Counted from the stretch's first letter, positions 1 through 11,658 are shown. The stretch: 64,000 bases of DNA from Lingula anatina (GCA_051362555.1 CM120642.1:19034001-19098000), one strand, 5' to 3'. Notes: a model not told the origin generated them from the letters alone. A program made the numbers and translations.

Positions 1-936
1 TTCCACTTCACTGGGTTTTAGAGTTTCTGAAAGGTCAGTTTGAAATAGCTTTGGAATGTCAAGGTCTCCCTCAGAAGAACAATGATTGAGACTCTCTGGA
101 GAAAGGATATCCACAGGATACAGTTCAGACAAGGCAAATTTGGCAGGGATTGTAACTGGTTTGTCTGAGTAGTTGGTAACCTCTATTGGAACACGCTGTG
201 ATTTGACTCCAGGTTTTAACTCAATCAGACCTGGGGAGATAACTAATGTACCAGGTAAATGTGAAGAGCTGCTCTCATCAGCTAATACCCGGATATGCAT
301 ACAAGAGGATGCTGCTCTAGTTTGTCCATGAATTACCGTACGACAAGAAGGTTTTACGGTAATGTTCTTTGTGGAAGTGACAACTCCCAATGACCCTTGT
401 TTCTGAAAGAGAGCATTTAAAGAGACAATGGCTTTAAACACATTTTGCCACACCACGTCTACGTCCCTTGGAACTGTCTTGCCTTCTAAAATAACTTTCA
501 AAACGTTGGTGCCTATGAGTAATGGAACTTTTATGTGATATTTGTTGGTGGGTACCACTAACATCAACACAGGAATGGGCGGTTCCTGTAATCCGGGAAC
601 TGAAAGATTCACTTCTGTATAGCCAAGATACTGCAAAGTAGTTCCACCAGCTGCTTCCACCTGAATAATATGATCTAAATCAAGCACGTCTAGCTTGAGG
701 TCATCACACAATTGCTTAGAAATAGTACTGACCATGGAACCTGTATCAAGTAAGGCCAAAACAGATTTGCTATTGACACTAACAGATGTCTCATTAGCTC
801 TACCAACCAATCGCTGAAGTATAGGTTTATTGGCAACCTCAGGTTGGTATATCTTGTTTTCAGTCTCAGGTTTGTGAGGCATGAATTTAACACAATCTAC
901 AACCTGCCCCCGTTTGTAGACTGTCTTGAGTTTTCC
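1..936 (-). CDS. pol: Gypsy pol polyprotein, N-terminal part (aspartic protease); runs off the window start
   Basis: The -1 frame relative to gag reads GKLKTVYKRGQ...LVGRANETSVSVNSKSVLALLDTGSMVSTISKQLC...QVEAAGGTTLQYLGYTEV...VPLLIGTNVL. This has the retropepsin LDTGS motif (~736-750) and the IGTN motif. It is absent from the ORF track, probably because the frame is cut off by the window edge. Confidence 0.9.
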
Positions 937-2297
937 GGACACTCAGTTTGTTTGTGTCCTATTTTTTTACAAGCAAAACACCTACCTGTGAACTGTCTAC
1001 GTGCAGATGCCTTTTCTCTATCCAATTTATCCAATCTGTTTTTTAGAGTCTCCAACTGAAAAACAAGATCATTCAATTTTGACGTCATGTCACTTGTAAC
1101 CGTGTTTTGTTGAACACTAGCAGAACTTACCTGTTCTTGCTCTGCTATCCTGGCTGCCCTGAGTAGTTCATGATAACTTGCACCAGAATCATATTTGTGT
1201 TTTATGCTAAATTTGATGTTTGTTGAGGACAACCCACTATAGAATTTATTGCGCAACTTCCTCCTTACCTCCTCAGAAGTAATAGGATCTGCCCTGCGTA
1301 CTTCCCCTAGTAAATCCTCCAACCTACAGGCCCATTTCGCGACAGTCTCAGAACTCACCTGGTTGGCATTGTAGAATTTCTGCAAAGCAGCTTCTATTGG
1401 CAAAATTTTTCCGAAGACCATATCCAACTTCTCAATTAAGAGATCAATTGTCATCTCTTCGTCGAGCGACATATCCATGTTGAGCAATATATCAGCAGCA
1501 GTTCCTTTTAGGGATCTGCGTATAGCTAAAAAGATCATTGCAGAAGGATAGACACCCTCTTTAACCAGACTCATGACTTCGTATCGCCATTGTTGATATG
1601 ATGACTCACCCTTTCCATCATCACCTGAGAAATAAGAAATTTTGGGTGGAACACCAGAAGTATTAGAAAAAGTAGTGCCACCAGGTGTACTTGACACATT
1701 CTGAATAGGAGCAGAGGCCACTGCTGGACTAGAAGCTGAAACAGTTTGTCTGGGATCAGATGATACTGTTGGTGAATGAGCTGGAATATCAGACTCAAAA
1801 AGGCGATGGACAGGTCTTTTAGTTGAATGAGTTTCCTGAAATTCATTTTTTAAAATCTGAAACATCAAACGCTTGTTATCAAGGGACATTACACTCAACA
1901 TATCCTCCATGTATTGTGCAGGTGTTTTAGCTGAGATGTCAGAAGTATCACCAGCCGCTTCAGTAATTGTCTTTTTTCTTGGAGTAGGTTTTGGTTTTTT
2001 TACCCCTAGAACCTCAAGACAGTTAGATATCCCCTCTAATTCAAGGATCTCCGGTTCTTGAACCGGTAAGACTCTTAACCTGTTACCACCAAACTGGTGA
2101 TTATGAATTGAATCAATAGCTTCAACCACTGTTTCAGGTAACTCAAAAACAACAAACGCCCTATTCCCTTCCAGTGTGTATAATTTTTCTACCTTGCCTA
2201 TCACCAATCGTTTTTCAATGTATTGCTGTAGTGAATCTGGATCATAAGAATCAGGCAAATTATGAAAACAAACAGACCGATCACTGAAAAGAGCCAT
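897..2297 (-). CDS. gag: Gypsy Gag: N-terminal RRM-like domain, PNMA-type capsid, C-terminal CCHC zinc knuckle
   Basis: ORF 897..2420, likely start ATG at 2297 (MALFSDRSVCFHNLP...RAFVVF). Capsid motifs FSGDDGKGESSYQQWRYEV and IRRSLKGTAADIL. Knuckle CFACKKIGHKQTEC. Confidence 0.92.
   Translation of the reverse strand: MALFSDRSVCFHNLPDSYDPDSLQQYIEKRLVIGKVEKLYTLEGNRAFVVFELPETVVEAIDSIHNHQFGGNRLRVLPVQEPEILELEGISNCLEVLGVKKPKPTPRKKTITEAAGDTSDISAKTPAQYMEDMLSVMSLDNKRLMFQILKNEFQETHSTKRPVHRLFESDIPAHSPTVSSDPRQTVSASSPAVASAPIQNVSSTPGGTTFSNTSGVPPKISYFSGDDGKGESSYQQWRYEVMSLVKEGVYPSAMIFLAIRRSLKGTAADILLNMDMSLDEEMTIDLLIEKLDMVFGKILPIEAALQKFYNANQVSSETVAKWACRLEDLLGEVRRADPITSEEVRRKLRNKFYSGLSSTNIKFSIKHKYDSGASYHELLRAARIAEQEQVSSASVQQNTVTSDMTSKLNDLVFQLETLKNRLDKLDREKASARRQFTGRCFACKKIGHKQTECPENSRQSTNGGRL
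930..936 (-). promoter_or_regulatory. Putative -1 ribosomal frameshift site GGAAAAC
   Basis: G GAA AAC lies just after the zinc knuckle. Shifting -1 here enters the open protease frame. Confidence 0.6.
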
Positions 2298-2749
2298 GTT
2301 TGAGATAGAAGTCTGAAATGCACAAGGTAGAGAAAAAGTTAAGAATCTCAGGGCTGAAATTGCACAAATAATAAATGTTGAAATGAAAAAAAAACTTTGT
2401 ATATATATATATTTTTTCAATTAAATCAAAGAAAACTTCACACACAAATTGCGTTAGGATGCTCTAACACATTCAGAGTACCACTGTATTTAACTAGTGA
2501 TCACAGCAGTGATGCGTGCACAACACAAATTACAGTCACAAATAATCCTACAATCAATGTATGCAAACAAGCAGCATATACTTTCACAGTTCAAACCAAT
2601 CAATGAAATTTGGCTTTTAAACTTTATTTATACTGAAAACAGCCATCTAAGAAAATTAAAAAAAAAATATGTATAAAATTCAAAGAGGAATGAAAAAAAA
2701 TACACAAACTACCTTCACTTAATATGAGCTAGTCTGACAACAGGTAATA

Positions 2750-3370
2750 CTGAACTGTACACTACTCATTCTATCAAGTGAAAACTGTACACTACTCAAT
2801 CTAGTAAGTGAAATGACTATAATTATATACTCTTGACTGAGTCCGCTGCGTATTGCTATTTATAACAACACCCAAATTTGTACTACGGTTGACTGAACAA
2901 CGCCCAAATGTGCACTGCGGTTGACTGAACAACACCCACAAACGGGTAGTATGAATGCTACAGTTCAACTGTGGAAACGATGGAAATTCAGAGTGTGAAA
3001 TAAATCAAAACTATTTACAAATGTACTAGTAGGGATGTAATATTTACAAGAGTTGAAACGATAGTAACTCAGAGCGTGAAATGAATCAAAACTATTTACA
3101 AAGGTACCGTTAGGAATGCAATATTTACAAGTACCTTTACAATTGTCCAATTGTCCTATAGATAGCTATCGTCACTGACAGCTTCAAGAAGTGTCTCGTA
3201 GTAAGCTTCAGCTCCTCTAAAACTGTCCTATGAATAACCGGTCGTCATTGACGGGTTCAAGCAGTGTCTCGCAGGTAGCCTCAGCTTCCTCACAATGGTC
3301 CTACTGTCTTATAAATAACCGATCATCATTGACGATTTCAAGCAGTGGATCGTAGTTAGCTTCAGCTCCT
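2750..3370. repeat. Short tandem repeats in the retrotransposon 5' leader
   Basis: 2x ~30 bp (actgtacactactca), ~3x 31 bp (gttgactgaacaac), 2x ~81 bp (aatcaaaactatttacaaa), 3x ~70 bp (gtcattgacg..tcaagcagtg..cagctcct). Confidence 0.75.
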
Positions 3371-3659
3371 GGGTGTCACAGCCGGCAGCTTCAAAGTACG
3401 AGGTGTATACACCAGAAATGACGGATTTCACAGCAAACACATACACCAAGACGGAGATCAGGAAAATGTCCGTTAGAAAACGTCTTTGTTTTCTTCACAA
3501 CAGGCTTTGTCGGCGGTCGTACTAGGCGTCCCCAGATGAAACGTCGACTCAACCAGTTTTTTAACACCAAGGAATCACCATTCGGGCTACCATTAGCTCA
3601 ATGAGTGGGATCGACCAACTGCAGATACGTGTTACGTGACTTCTCTTTTACTATCGTAG

Positions 3660-3677
3660 GTCCCTGTTCGGGCGCCA
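3660..3677 (-). promoter_or_regulatory. Primer-binding site complementary to the tRNA-Lys 3' end
   Basis: The minus strand reads TGGCGCCCGAACAGGGAC, the classic tRNA-Lys(UUU) PBS, 3 nt after the LTR end ...TGTTACA. Confidence 0.95.
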
Positions 3678-3680
3678 AAT

Positions 3681-4121
3681 TGTAACAGTTTTTATTACTG
3701 TAAAATAAAAGACAACTTCAGCCTACGAGATCTAAGAGAAAGTCTTTATTTTTACATAAATTACATAGTTTGCTAAATAAATATTTAAATTAAACAATAT
3801 ATTGATAATAACTAAATAATGAGAGTTAATCAAATAATATATGGCTAATATAAATTAAAGATAAAAAGAAAATAATTTTACCTGTAAAATAAAAGACAAC
3901 TTCAGCCTACGAGATCTAAGAGAAAGTGAGGAATCGGACAAAGGAAATTACCGGTTAGAGACTTTAAACCAATGAAAAGCAAGAACGTATAAAGACAGAA
4001 AACAAGGAATAAGAAAGAAATCAGGGAATACAGAAAATAAGGAATGGAAACATACAAACGGAACAGACTGAAAATATGACAAAATAAATAAAAATTTAAG
4101 AAAATAAATACTACTATTACA
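3681..4121 (-). repeat. 5' LTR (~441 bp) of the Gypsy element
   Basis: TG...CA termini with short inverted ends (TGTAA...TTACA), adjacent to the PBS. Contains an internal ~46-bp duplication (~3698 and ~3882). The outer end is inferred because the second LTR is outside the window. Confidence 0.8.
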
Positions 4122-4160
4122 TAACTATAGCACAGAGTTAGTTTCAGTCATCATCGTCAT

Positions 4161-4530
4161 CTAATTATCTTCTTCTCCTTCCTCCAAACTGACCAATTCT
4201 CCCTGAAATAATGTAATGAGGCAGCTTAGTTGCTTGTACAATACTGCTGAAAAAAATAACCCAAAAAGGGTACATGTTCTATCAATTTTTTTGTACCGGT
4301 ATAAACCATATTGTATATGTGAAAACACAGTATATGTAAGAAGCTTATTCTAAACATAATGAAAAATAATAATTCAGTGGTGTATAAACATCAGGATAAA
4401 TGTCAAAATTACTTTTTCCGGTTATTTTTTTATCAAAGAAATAATAAAATGTGCAACTTCGTAACTTCCAATTTGTCGTCTGCAATTCTCATTTCTTTAC
4501 TTTTTCAGTTGCATCCTGGTCCTTTGGTAA
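4161..4530 (-). pseudogene. Relic of the secreted-peptide gene family (exon 2/3 remnants)
   Basis: Terminal exon TTTCAG|GGA GAA TTG GTC AGT TTG GAG GAA GGA GAA GAA GAT AAT TAG (GELVSLEEGEEDN*, 4202-4161). Decayed exon 2 (..EMRIADDKL) with no GT donor. The intron resembles 16130-16390 (aagaagcttattct). No exon 1 found. Confidence 0.55.
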
Positions 4531-5610
4531 GAAACACTTATATTTAATATTTAAATGTCCATTTAATTTGTATGTGGTGCTTCAAGTCCATGGGCTTATT
4601 TTCGAAGCATTTGCCTTTGAAATTCGAATAAATTTGAACAAAAAGATTTCCTTTTACTTTATTTATTTATACTTTTCTGTTTTTGTTTCTTTTCTTAGTA
4701 AGGCACCTTAGTGACAACCCCGAAAATCAACACACTTTCTCATGAAAACATTTGTTTCCGCAGCAACAGACTAAAATTAGTGATCACTGAAGGAATCACT
4801 AATCGTGCCACTGCAATATTCTGAAAGCCACTTCCTCGTTGTAGCATTTTATGCGGCAATTTCAAACATTTACGATAGATTCCTTACAGACTCGATCAAG
4901 CGAGTGGTGGCAGTACATCATTTGCCACACGTACAATGGGGTATTTTCCATGATTTCCCACCTGATACCCCTATTTTGAACGGCAGATTTAGAGAAGGTA
5001 CAGGGTGCTTCTGACTCTCCCCTTCGAATTTTGTCCCCTCTTGAAATTCGAATTTTGACGAGCTGAATCATAATTTTAAACCGTACCAAATGGCACCATT
5101 CTCCCTCTAAAATACCAGGGGGAGGAGGAGGTCGGCTTCGCATCCTCGGAACCTCCCCCACCCTTTAAATAATCCTGAATCCGCCCCTGGGTCCGTGTTT
5201 TTTGTTTTTTTAATGGATAAAGTTCTGGCCTGGTTTACGCTTGAGATACAAAAATGAACTAAAGCATAGAAATGTACTTATTTTATTTTTTGCAAAATAT
5301 ATGAACGAGAAACATGCAAGTGTTTCATAAACTTAACAAAATTAGGAGCCAACGTTATACAATATTGGTAAACATAGATAAGAAGAGCAAGATTTCAATA
5401 TGATATCTATGATGATATATGAAGGCAGTTTCAATGTTCCAAGGAAATCTGCACTTGGTCGTCAGTACCGTTGCAGTAGTGACCGCCGTGGACTGTGGGA
5501 TTTTAAATCTTAAGCTATATACATAGTTATCAAATTAAACGAGTCGCAAAACAACCTGGAGCAAGACCGTGGGAAGGTGATTTTCGTCAATGAAGTCGAA
5601 TCCAAGTCTT

Positions 5611-6706
5611 TTACCTAGAGTCATCCTCACCTTCTTCGTTTTCATCTTCAAGCAACTTCATCAAATGACCCTGAAATGGCAATGAAGATTTTGTAAGTAT
5701 ATAAAGATACCAAATTGATTATTATACAGAAGAAAACAATATATTGTTAATAAGATTGTTATTGGATGTTGAATGACAAATACGAAGAAAAGAACACGGC
5801 AGCATTATTGACATAAAGCAAAAAAAAAAAAAAAAAACGACGACAGGGCAAAATAAAAGTCTTACTACTTTGATGCATTATTACATAATGCTTAACAGCA
5901 ATATCTTTACTGTTTAAAGGTATACTACAGGCAGCATGGACATTCAGAAAATGTATCTAGCACAGGGCCTTAGGCCCACTGAAAATGCCAATATGTCAAA
6001 ATTGAAAAAAGAAAACACACAAAAACACAAAAAATGCAAGACGCCGAAAAAAGTATAACACCTAGCTGTTTTTCGAGCTCAAACTGTATTTAAAAGTCCC
6101 AAAACCACTTCAGAAAGTTTGGTGATAGTGTGTGCATAAAAACGTATGAAAAATAATAATAATCATGCTTACAGCTAACGATAACAAGCTTTTGAAAGAA
6201 ACACGTGATAATTAACAGCGCAGTTGAAATATAAGAACAATAAATAACCAACAAAATTTGAATTTGAATTTTGATTAAAATTGGAATTATAAACAACCTA
6301 CCAATTTATTTTCAATCACATCGTCTAACTTTTCCATTTCATGATTTCTTTTTTCGTCCTCGAGGTCTGCACCTCGCATAAAGCGACGACGTCGACGTCG
6401 ACGACCTGTCCAGCCTAAAATTACAGAGATTATACTTCCAAGTGTGTCTTAACGTATTTCAGTGTAGATGAGGTTTGAAATATGTACTATTTATACCTTT
6501 CAACTCGAGTTTTTTTTTCTAAACATGAACAGTGAGATATAACAGAATCTTCTGACGAAAATGAAATATGAAGAACAATTGATTCTTCTTGATAATATAA
6601 GAATGAAAAAGAGAGACACGAAAGGCAACGCACCTTCCGAATCAGCGAACATCTGCACGACTAACAAAGTCACCAGAAGTAAGGCTAACACTCTGTACTT
6701 GTCCAT
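5611..6706 (-). CDS. Secreted Arg-rich peptide precursor, copy 1 (81 aa; exons 6706-6634, 6414-6302, 5670-5611)
   Basis: Spliced: MDKYRVLALLLVTLLVVQMFADSEG-WTGRRRRRRRFMRGADLEDEKRNHEMEKLDDVIENKL-GHLMKLLEDENEEGEDDSR*. All junctions are GT-AG, intron phases 1 and 0, identical in the paralogs. Confidence 0.88.
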
Positions 6707-6778
6707 GTCGATGTGGATTTGTTTTTTTTAACCAACAAACGAACTAAATGTCTACAGGTCTAGTACAAGATGTCCATC

Positions 6779-6790
6779 CTTTTTATACCA
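6779..6790 (-). promoter_or_regulatory. TATA box of peptide gene copy 1 (GGTATAAAAAGG)
   Basis: About 80 bp upstream of the ATG. The same motif sits at the equivalent position in copy 2 (~11721-11732), copy 3 (~14494-14505) and copy 4 (~24078-24089). Confidence 0.7.
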
Positions 6791-9633
6791 TGCGGGACAT
6801 GCTTATGCAGTTGTTTGGGATTAGAAACCGGTCATCAGTCCTTTTAGAAACACATATATAAATAAATCACTAAATCACCTTCCCTTAGCTTTAAAGAGTC
6901 CGTTTTTATAAAGAAATGCAATTTGTGGTTTGATTTGTTAAACAAATTTACACTTTTTTTAACCAACAGATGAACTTTGTGTCCACTGGTTCACCACAGG
7001 ATGTCCATTCTTTATGTACCGTGCAGGGCAAGAAGTGCTGGTTGTCAAGTTGTTTGAGATTTAAAACCGGTTTTTGTGCTTTTAAAGGAAAGTTTGGCGT
7101 AGTCAAACGACATTTTATGGCGACAACAATCTCCAGAGAGCTTATTTAAGCACATGTGCATTCTGCTCATGCTCAATTGTGCCCTAGAGGGGTAATCTCC
7201 TTAGAGGCACATGTTGCTACTTATACCATGGGGCATCACTGCCTGGCCTCATTTTGCTTGATTCATTCTGTTCATGAGCATGATACAATTAAGCTACAAG
7301 TTATCTCAAATCTATAACTGAAATCTTCAGTTCAAAAAATTTCATTTTACCTAGGTGCAAGCTAGGATGGCATGGCAATTACAGAGAGTTCACTCTTCCA
7401 GCTGTTTTCAGCATATGGGAAAAACTGAACCTCCCCCCTTCCTTTGTTAAAAAAAAAAAAAAAAAAGGGAGTAGGGGTTAGGTCACCCGCTAACAGCATT
7501 GTCATGCCGGTACTTATGTAGATTTGTATTGAGAATCCTGCAATAGGCAATGCATCGGCCTCGCCTTTGCAATCAGACAAGCTGAATTGGATGCTATACT
7601 GTAGCTTATACTGAATCACTTCTTAGGGTAACTAGTGTTATTGAATATTCGACATAGTGGGGGCCTCTTTGCAACCCCACAAATGAAATTTGTGCAAAAT
7701 TGTTGGTAAATAATAACTTTTGCTGACTCGTCGCATCATAATTTTTAGGATGATGAGTCTCATTGAATATTTGATATATAAGTTTTATCCCTAAGGCCAT
7801 AACATTTAATACAGGCAACAATTTGCTACATTGTTATTATTGTTAAAACGATTAGGATAGAGGGGTTATATAATAAAAGCGGCCTGGTTTGGCCAAATCA
7901 CGAACAAACAATATTCCTTGTTACCTTCTTTCTTGCTATGAATGAGACTATAAAAGTTTGTGGTACACTGAGTTGGAGGAGACATAAAGGCCCATTTTTA
8001 TGACTTAAATGTCAAGGAACTGACTTTCATGCAGGTAACAGTAAAGAGACCATCAGTCAGATAATTGTCAAGGCCTTGAACTAATTTTGCTGGCTGCTGT
8101 TTTCTAATAATCTATCTCGTCAACTCGTCAAGCTCCGAATACAACCCCTAAAGTTGCGTTTCATAAATAATTAGTTTGGAAATACTCCTGTGGAAGGATT
8201 TTTCTCGTTTTGGATATAAATGGTGCTGTGAATACAGTTTTGCCTCAATTAAAATTGTCTGTTATTTATTCTTGTTGGGTTGACTCAGTACCAATGCTTT
8301 GTGTTCATGTTTGACTTGCACTGGCTTTCAAGACAAATTTCAGTCTTTGATGTTTTTTATTTAATAAAAAAGGGATTGCTTTGAAACAAACAGATCTAAT
8401 TTATGGCGATGATTACCAGATGTCCACTGATATAACTTACATGTACTTAAGCATATAAATCACAATTACACTGAAATAATCTTATGGACCGTTTGCTCCG
8501 TTTGCTCCCTAGGACTTGAGTTGTTTCTCACTATTTTTACTATTGTACATGTAGACCACGAGAAAAAAGCGATGTCCGAACGGTATTCGAATACCATATG
8601 CTGTGTCTGTGGAAAGGAAGGCGGCGGAATTGTACGAAATCGGACGGGCTAATGTAATATATAGTCTTTACGATTTTGTTACTTTAAGGTAAAACTTTGC
8701 ACACATTTTTTAAATCGACAGCCCGTCGGCAGTTGCAATATCGTATATGGAATTGCATGCTACATACCTGGGAGATGTGTCAAAGACGATTATCACTTAA
8801 CGTTGAAGATATATTTGATATAGCAATACTACTCAATTTCTTTACACTAAACCTTACCGATTAACTTTACTCCTTATCTGTTTAGGTCACCACTCTAATG
8901 TAACATTACTTATTTTGATCTATTTTGAAAATATATAATTAAGGCAACGACATTCATGGATGCGATTAGAGTTAATTTAGAGGAGGTTTGATATTTAAAC
9001 GCAATAAATGCCTCTTAAACTGAAGAATAACTTTTGTGAAGTGTTTTGTGACTTTTTAAGGCTAAATTGTACCAGTGCTCAAGATCACTGTTAAAATATC
9101 ATTTCAAAGGAGCGACCGCGTGACTTTTAGCAGTGAGTGACCTTTTAATTAATTATTCTAAATTTGAAAATAGTGTAAAATTACTCGTGAATATAATGGT
9201 AAATGAACAACAGACCCAGAGTTGCCAATGATCTAACGTGAAATTTGACTAGGTATATCTTTAGAAATGGGAAGGTTAATCGTATTTGTTATTAAAAATT
9301 GGTGGTTTGGGAAAAATTACAATTGAGAAAAAAGTCCGGAAAACCTTAATCTTTTTTTATAATCGACCATACGTTGAATTCGAAATTGACCGAAAATTAA
9401 ATAAAAAGTGGGACTGAAAATTTGGCCCTGATTTACGCTTGCGATGCAAAAATAAACTAAAGCATAGTAGTTCAATAATTTTATTACAAAATACACAAAC
9501 GCTTTTAAAGGAGCAACATGCATTGCTAAGTGTTTCAGAAACTTAACACAATATAGATTCAACTTAATACAAAATTGGTAAACGTTTAAACAGTAAGAAT
9601 AAAGTGACATTATTATATTTATAATAATCAGTA

Positions 9634-11658
9634 TCAGTGATCCAAAATAATGTGCGCTTGGTTATCAGCGTCATTGTACGTAGTAGTGTTGAGATGACAG
9701 CCGTGGGCTGCGCATGTAAGGGGGTTTAAATCTTCGAGTAAACAATTAAACGTTGTGTCAAAACAACTAGGACGCAACAGATTGTATGTAGCAACGTGGT
9801 TTCTTGTGAAATTCTGTTCTTCATATAAATTCATGTATCCAGACTCGTTTTCATTTTCTTCGTTTTCATCTTCAAGCATCTCGACCAATTTCTCCTGTAA
9901 AGCAGAAAAATGAATCTATTTGAAAATTTCATGAAGTATATATATTGATATCAATTTAATTAATTACCTCCGCCGAGGAATTTTTTGTTAATCACTTGAA
10001 TTCGACTGTTTGTCTGCAGGCCCGTAACCAGCAATTTCAGAGGGGGGGGGGTCAATTTCTGAAAAAGTGGACCTTTTACCATAAAGACCTCGAATACATA
10101 GATCAAATTTTACCCAGAGTGGACCTTTTCCCAGCAAAAAGGGTGGTTCTTTCGAACCCCCCGAACTCCCCCTGGCTACGGGCCTGCGGCTTTCTGTCAT
10201 ATCAGTTATGCAGGTAGATAGGTTTTGTTGAAAATTTCTCGATAGGATACAAATGGGCTAAGAAATAATTCGATTTTAGTGGTGATCAGGATCACTTTTT
10301 GGACCCAAGAATTTAAAGAGGATTCTTTTTCCACTGCAAGATAGGCCAGAAAATTTTGCAATTTTGCCTACGCATTGTCGGTTTTCCAGTGCCTGAACTT
10401 CGCAAGCGCAAAGTAGTGCTTAACAGCATTGTTGCTATGCACCAGAACGGTTGTCACCAAACAGCTGTACATTTCAAGACAGGCCATTGTGTAAAAAGGG
10501 GCAGTCGGCACAGTCTTCCAACAGTAAGCCCATACTGGTGTCCTTACGGAGAGGTCGCGCCCAATTCCTTCCAAATCTTACCACCAGGAAACAGACCCTC
10601 ATGTTCTTACAATTATGCTGCTGCAACTAAGGATCCCCGTTCCGTTCATAATAAAAGCCAGATTGCCCCCAGAGGGCGATGCTTGGCGCTGTCAAACGAC
10701 ATTTTATGGCGACAACAACCTCCAAAGTTTATTTTACGCACATGCGCATTCCGCGCATACTCAATTCTTCCGAAAAGAGATATATATTGCTGCCGCCTCT
10801 TTGCAACCCCACAAACGAAATCTGTGCAGGATTGTTTGTATCCCTAAAGCCATAACATTTAATACCGGCAACAATTTGTAACATTGGTAAAATGATAACG
10901 ATATTGGCGATATTGGGGAGCAAAATTACACAGAATGGACCTTTTCCCAGCACAAATCATTTAAACTAAACCTTACTACGAACGTCGACGCCCAACCCGG
11001 CAACGGGCCGCATAAAGCGTTTTTAAGACCCTTTGCGAACTTCAGCCTGACTTTAGCAGGTAACTATACACAACTACCTCTGAAGAAGCCTCTGTGAACA
11101 GGGCAACATCACCTTCTATTTGTGTGCAATGAATTGGGAAGCATTAACTTTTCTGAGCACATTACTGGAACCATTTATAAGGCCAAATACCATCTGAATC
11201 GCCAAGGTGGTCAAATAACAGTGTAAGTTGAAACAACCTACCAATTTACTAGTATTTTCAAGGGCATCGTCTAACTTTTCCACTCCCTGATTTCTTTCCT
11301 CGTCCTCGAGGTCTGAACTTGAAATAAAGCGACGACGTTCACGGCGTCTCCTGCCTGAAGTATAAGTATATTACACATTAAGGTTGTGACCTGTTTTACG
11401 TCATTTAGTTTGAATGATTTTAAAAATCCGTTACAGCAAAAGCCATCCAGCCTAGAATTTACCTAAACCTTGATAGTGAAATAAACAGTGAGATGGGACA
11501 GATTCTTCTGATGAAAACGAAATATGAATATATTAATTCTGCTTGATAATATAAGAATGAAAAGAAGAAGAGAAAGATAACATACCTTCAGACTCAGCAA
11601 ACATCTGCACGACTAAAAAAGTCACCAGAAGTAAGGCTATCACTCTGTACTTGTCCAT
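9634..11658 (-). CDS. Secreted Arg-rich peptide precursor, copy 2, C-terminally extended (148 aa; exons 11658-11586, 11354-11242, 9894-9634)
   Basis: MDKYRVIALLLVTFLVVQMFAESEG-RRRRERRRFISSSDLEDEERNQGVEKLDDALENTSKL-EKLVEMLEDENEENENESGYMNLY...IILDH*. Canonical splice sites. Confidence 0.8.
10017..10186. mobile_element. hAT-like MITE in intron 2 of copy 2
   Basis: Terminal inverted repeats CAGGCCCGTAACCAG / CTGGCTACGGGCCTG. No clear TSD. Confidence 0.65.

Larger units (their letters stand above)
1..4121 (-). mobile_element. Ty3/Gypsy LTR retrotransposon (5' half)
   Basis: LTR-PBS-leader-gag-pol order with intact gag and an intact visible part of pol. Confidence 0.93.

Noticed and set aside
2298-2420. 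Hydrophobic N-terminal extension of Gag (signal-peptide-like)
   Set aside because: It comes from a non-ATG start in a T-rich leader. The ATG at 2297 directly precedes the RRM-like domain.
3660-3677. tRNA-Lys gene or retroviral contamination
   Set aside because: Only the 18-nt complement of the tRNA 3' end is present, next to an LTR. It is a PBS of a Gypsy element.
6500-6706. Single-exon 68-aa ORF as annotated by the ORF track
   Set aside because: Only the first 24 codons plus 1 nt are exon. The rest is intron 1 read-through, as shown by the donor position conserved in four paralogs.
10356-10953. 163-aa and overlapping ORFs in intron 2 of copy 2
   Set aside because: They lie in an interspersed repeat also present at 7090-7850, and I recognise no domain.
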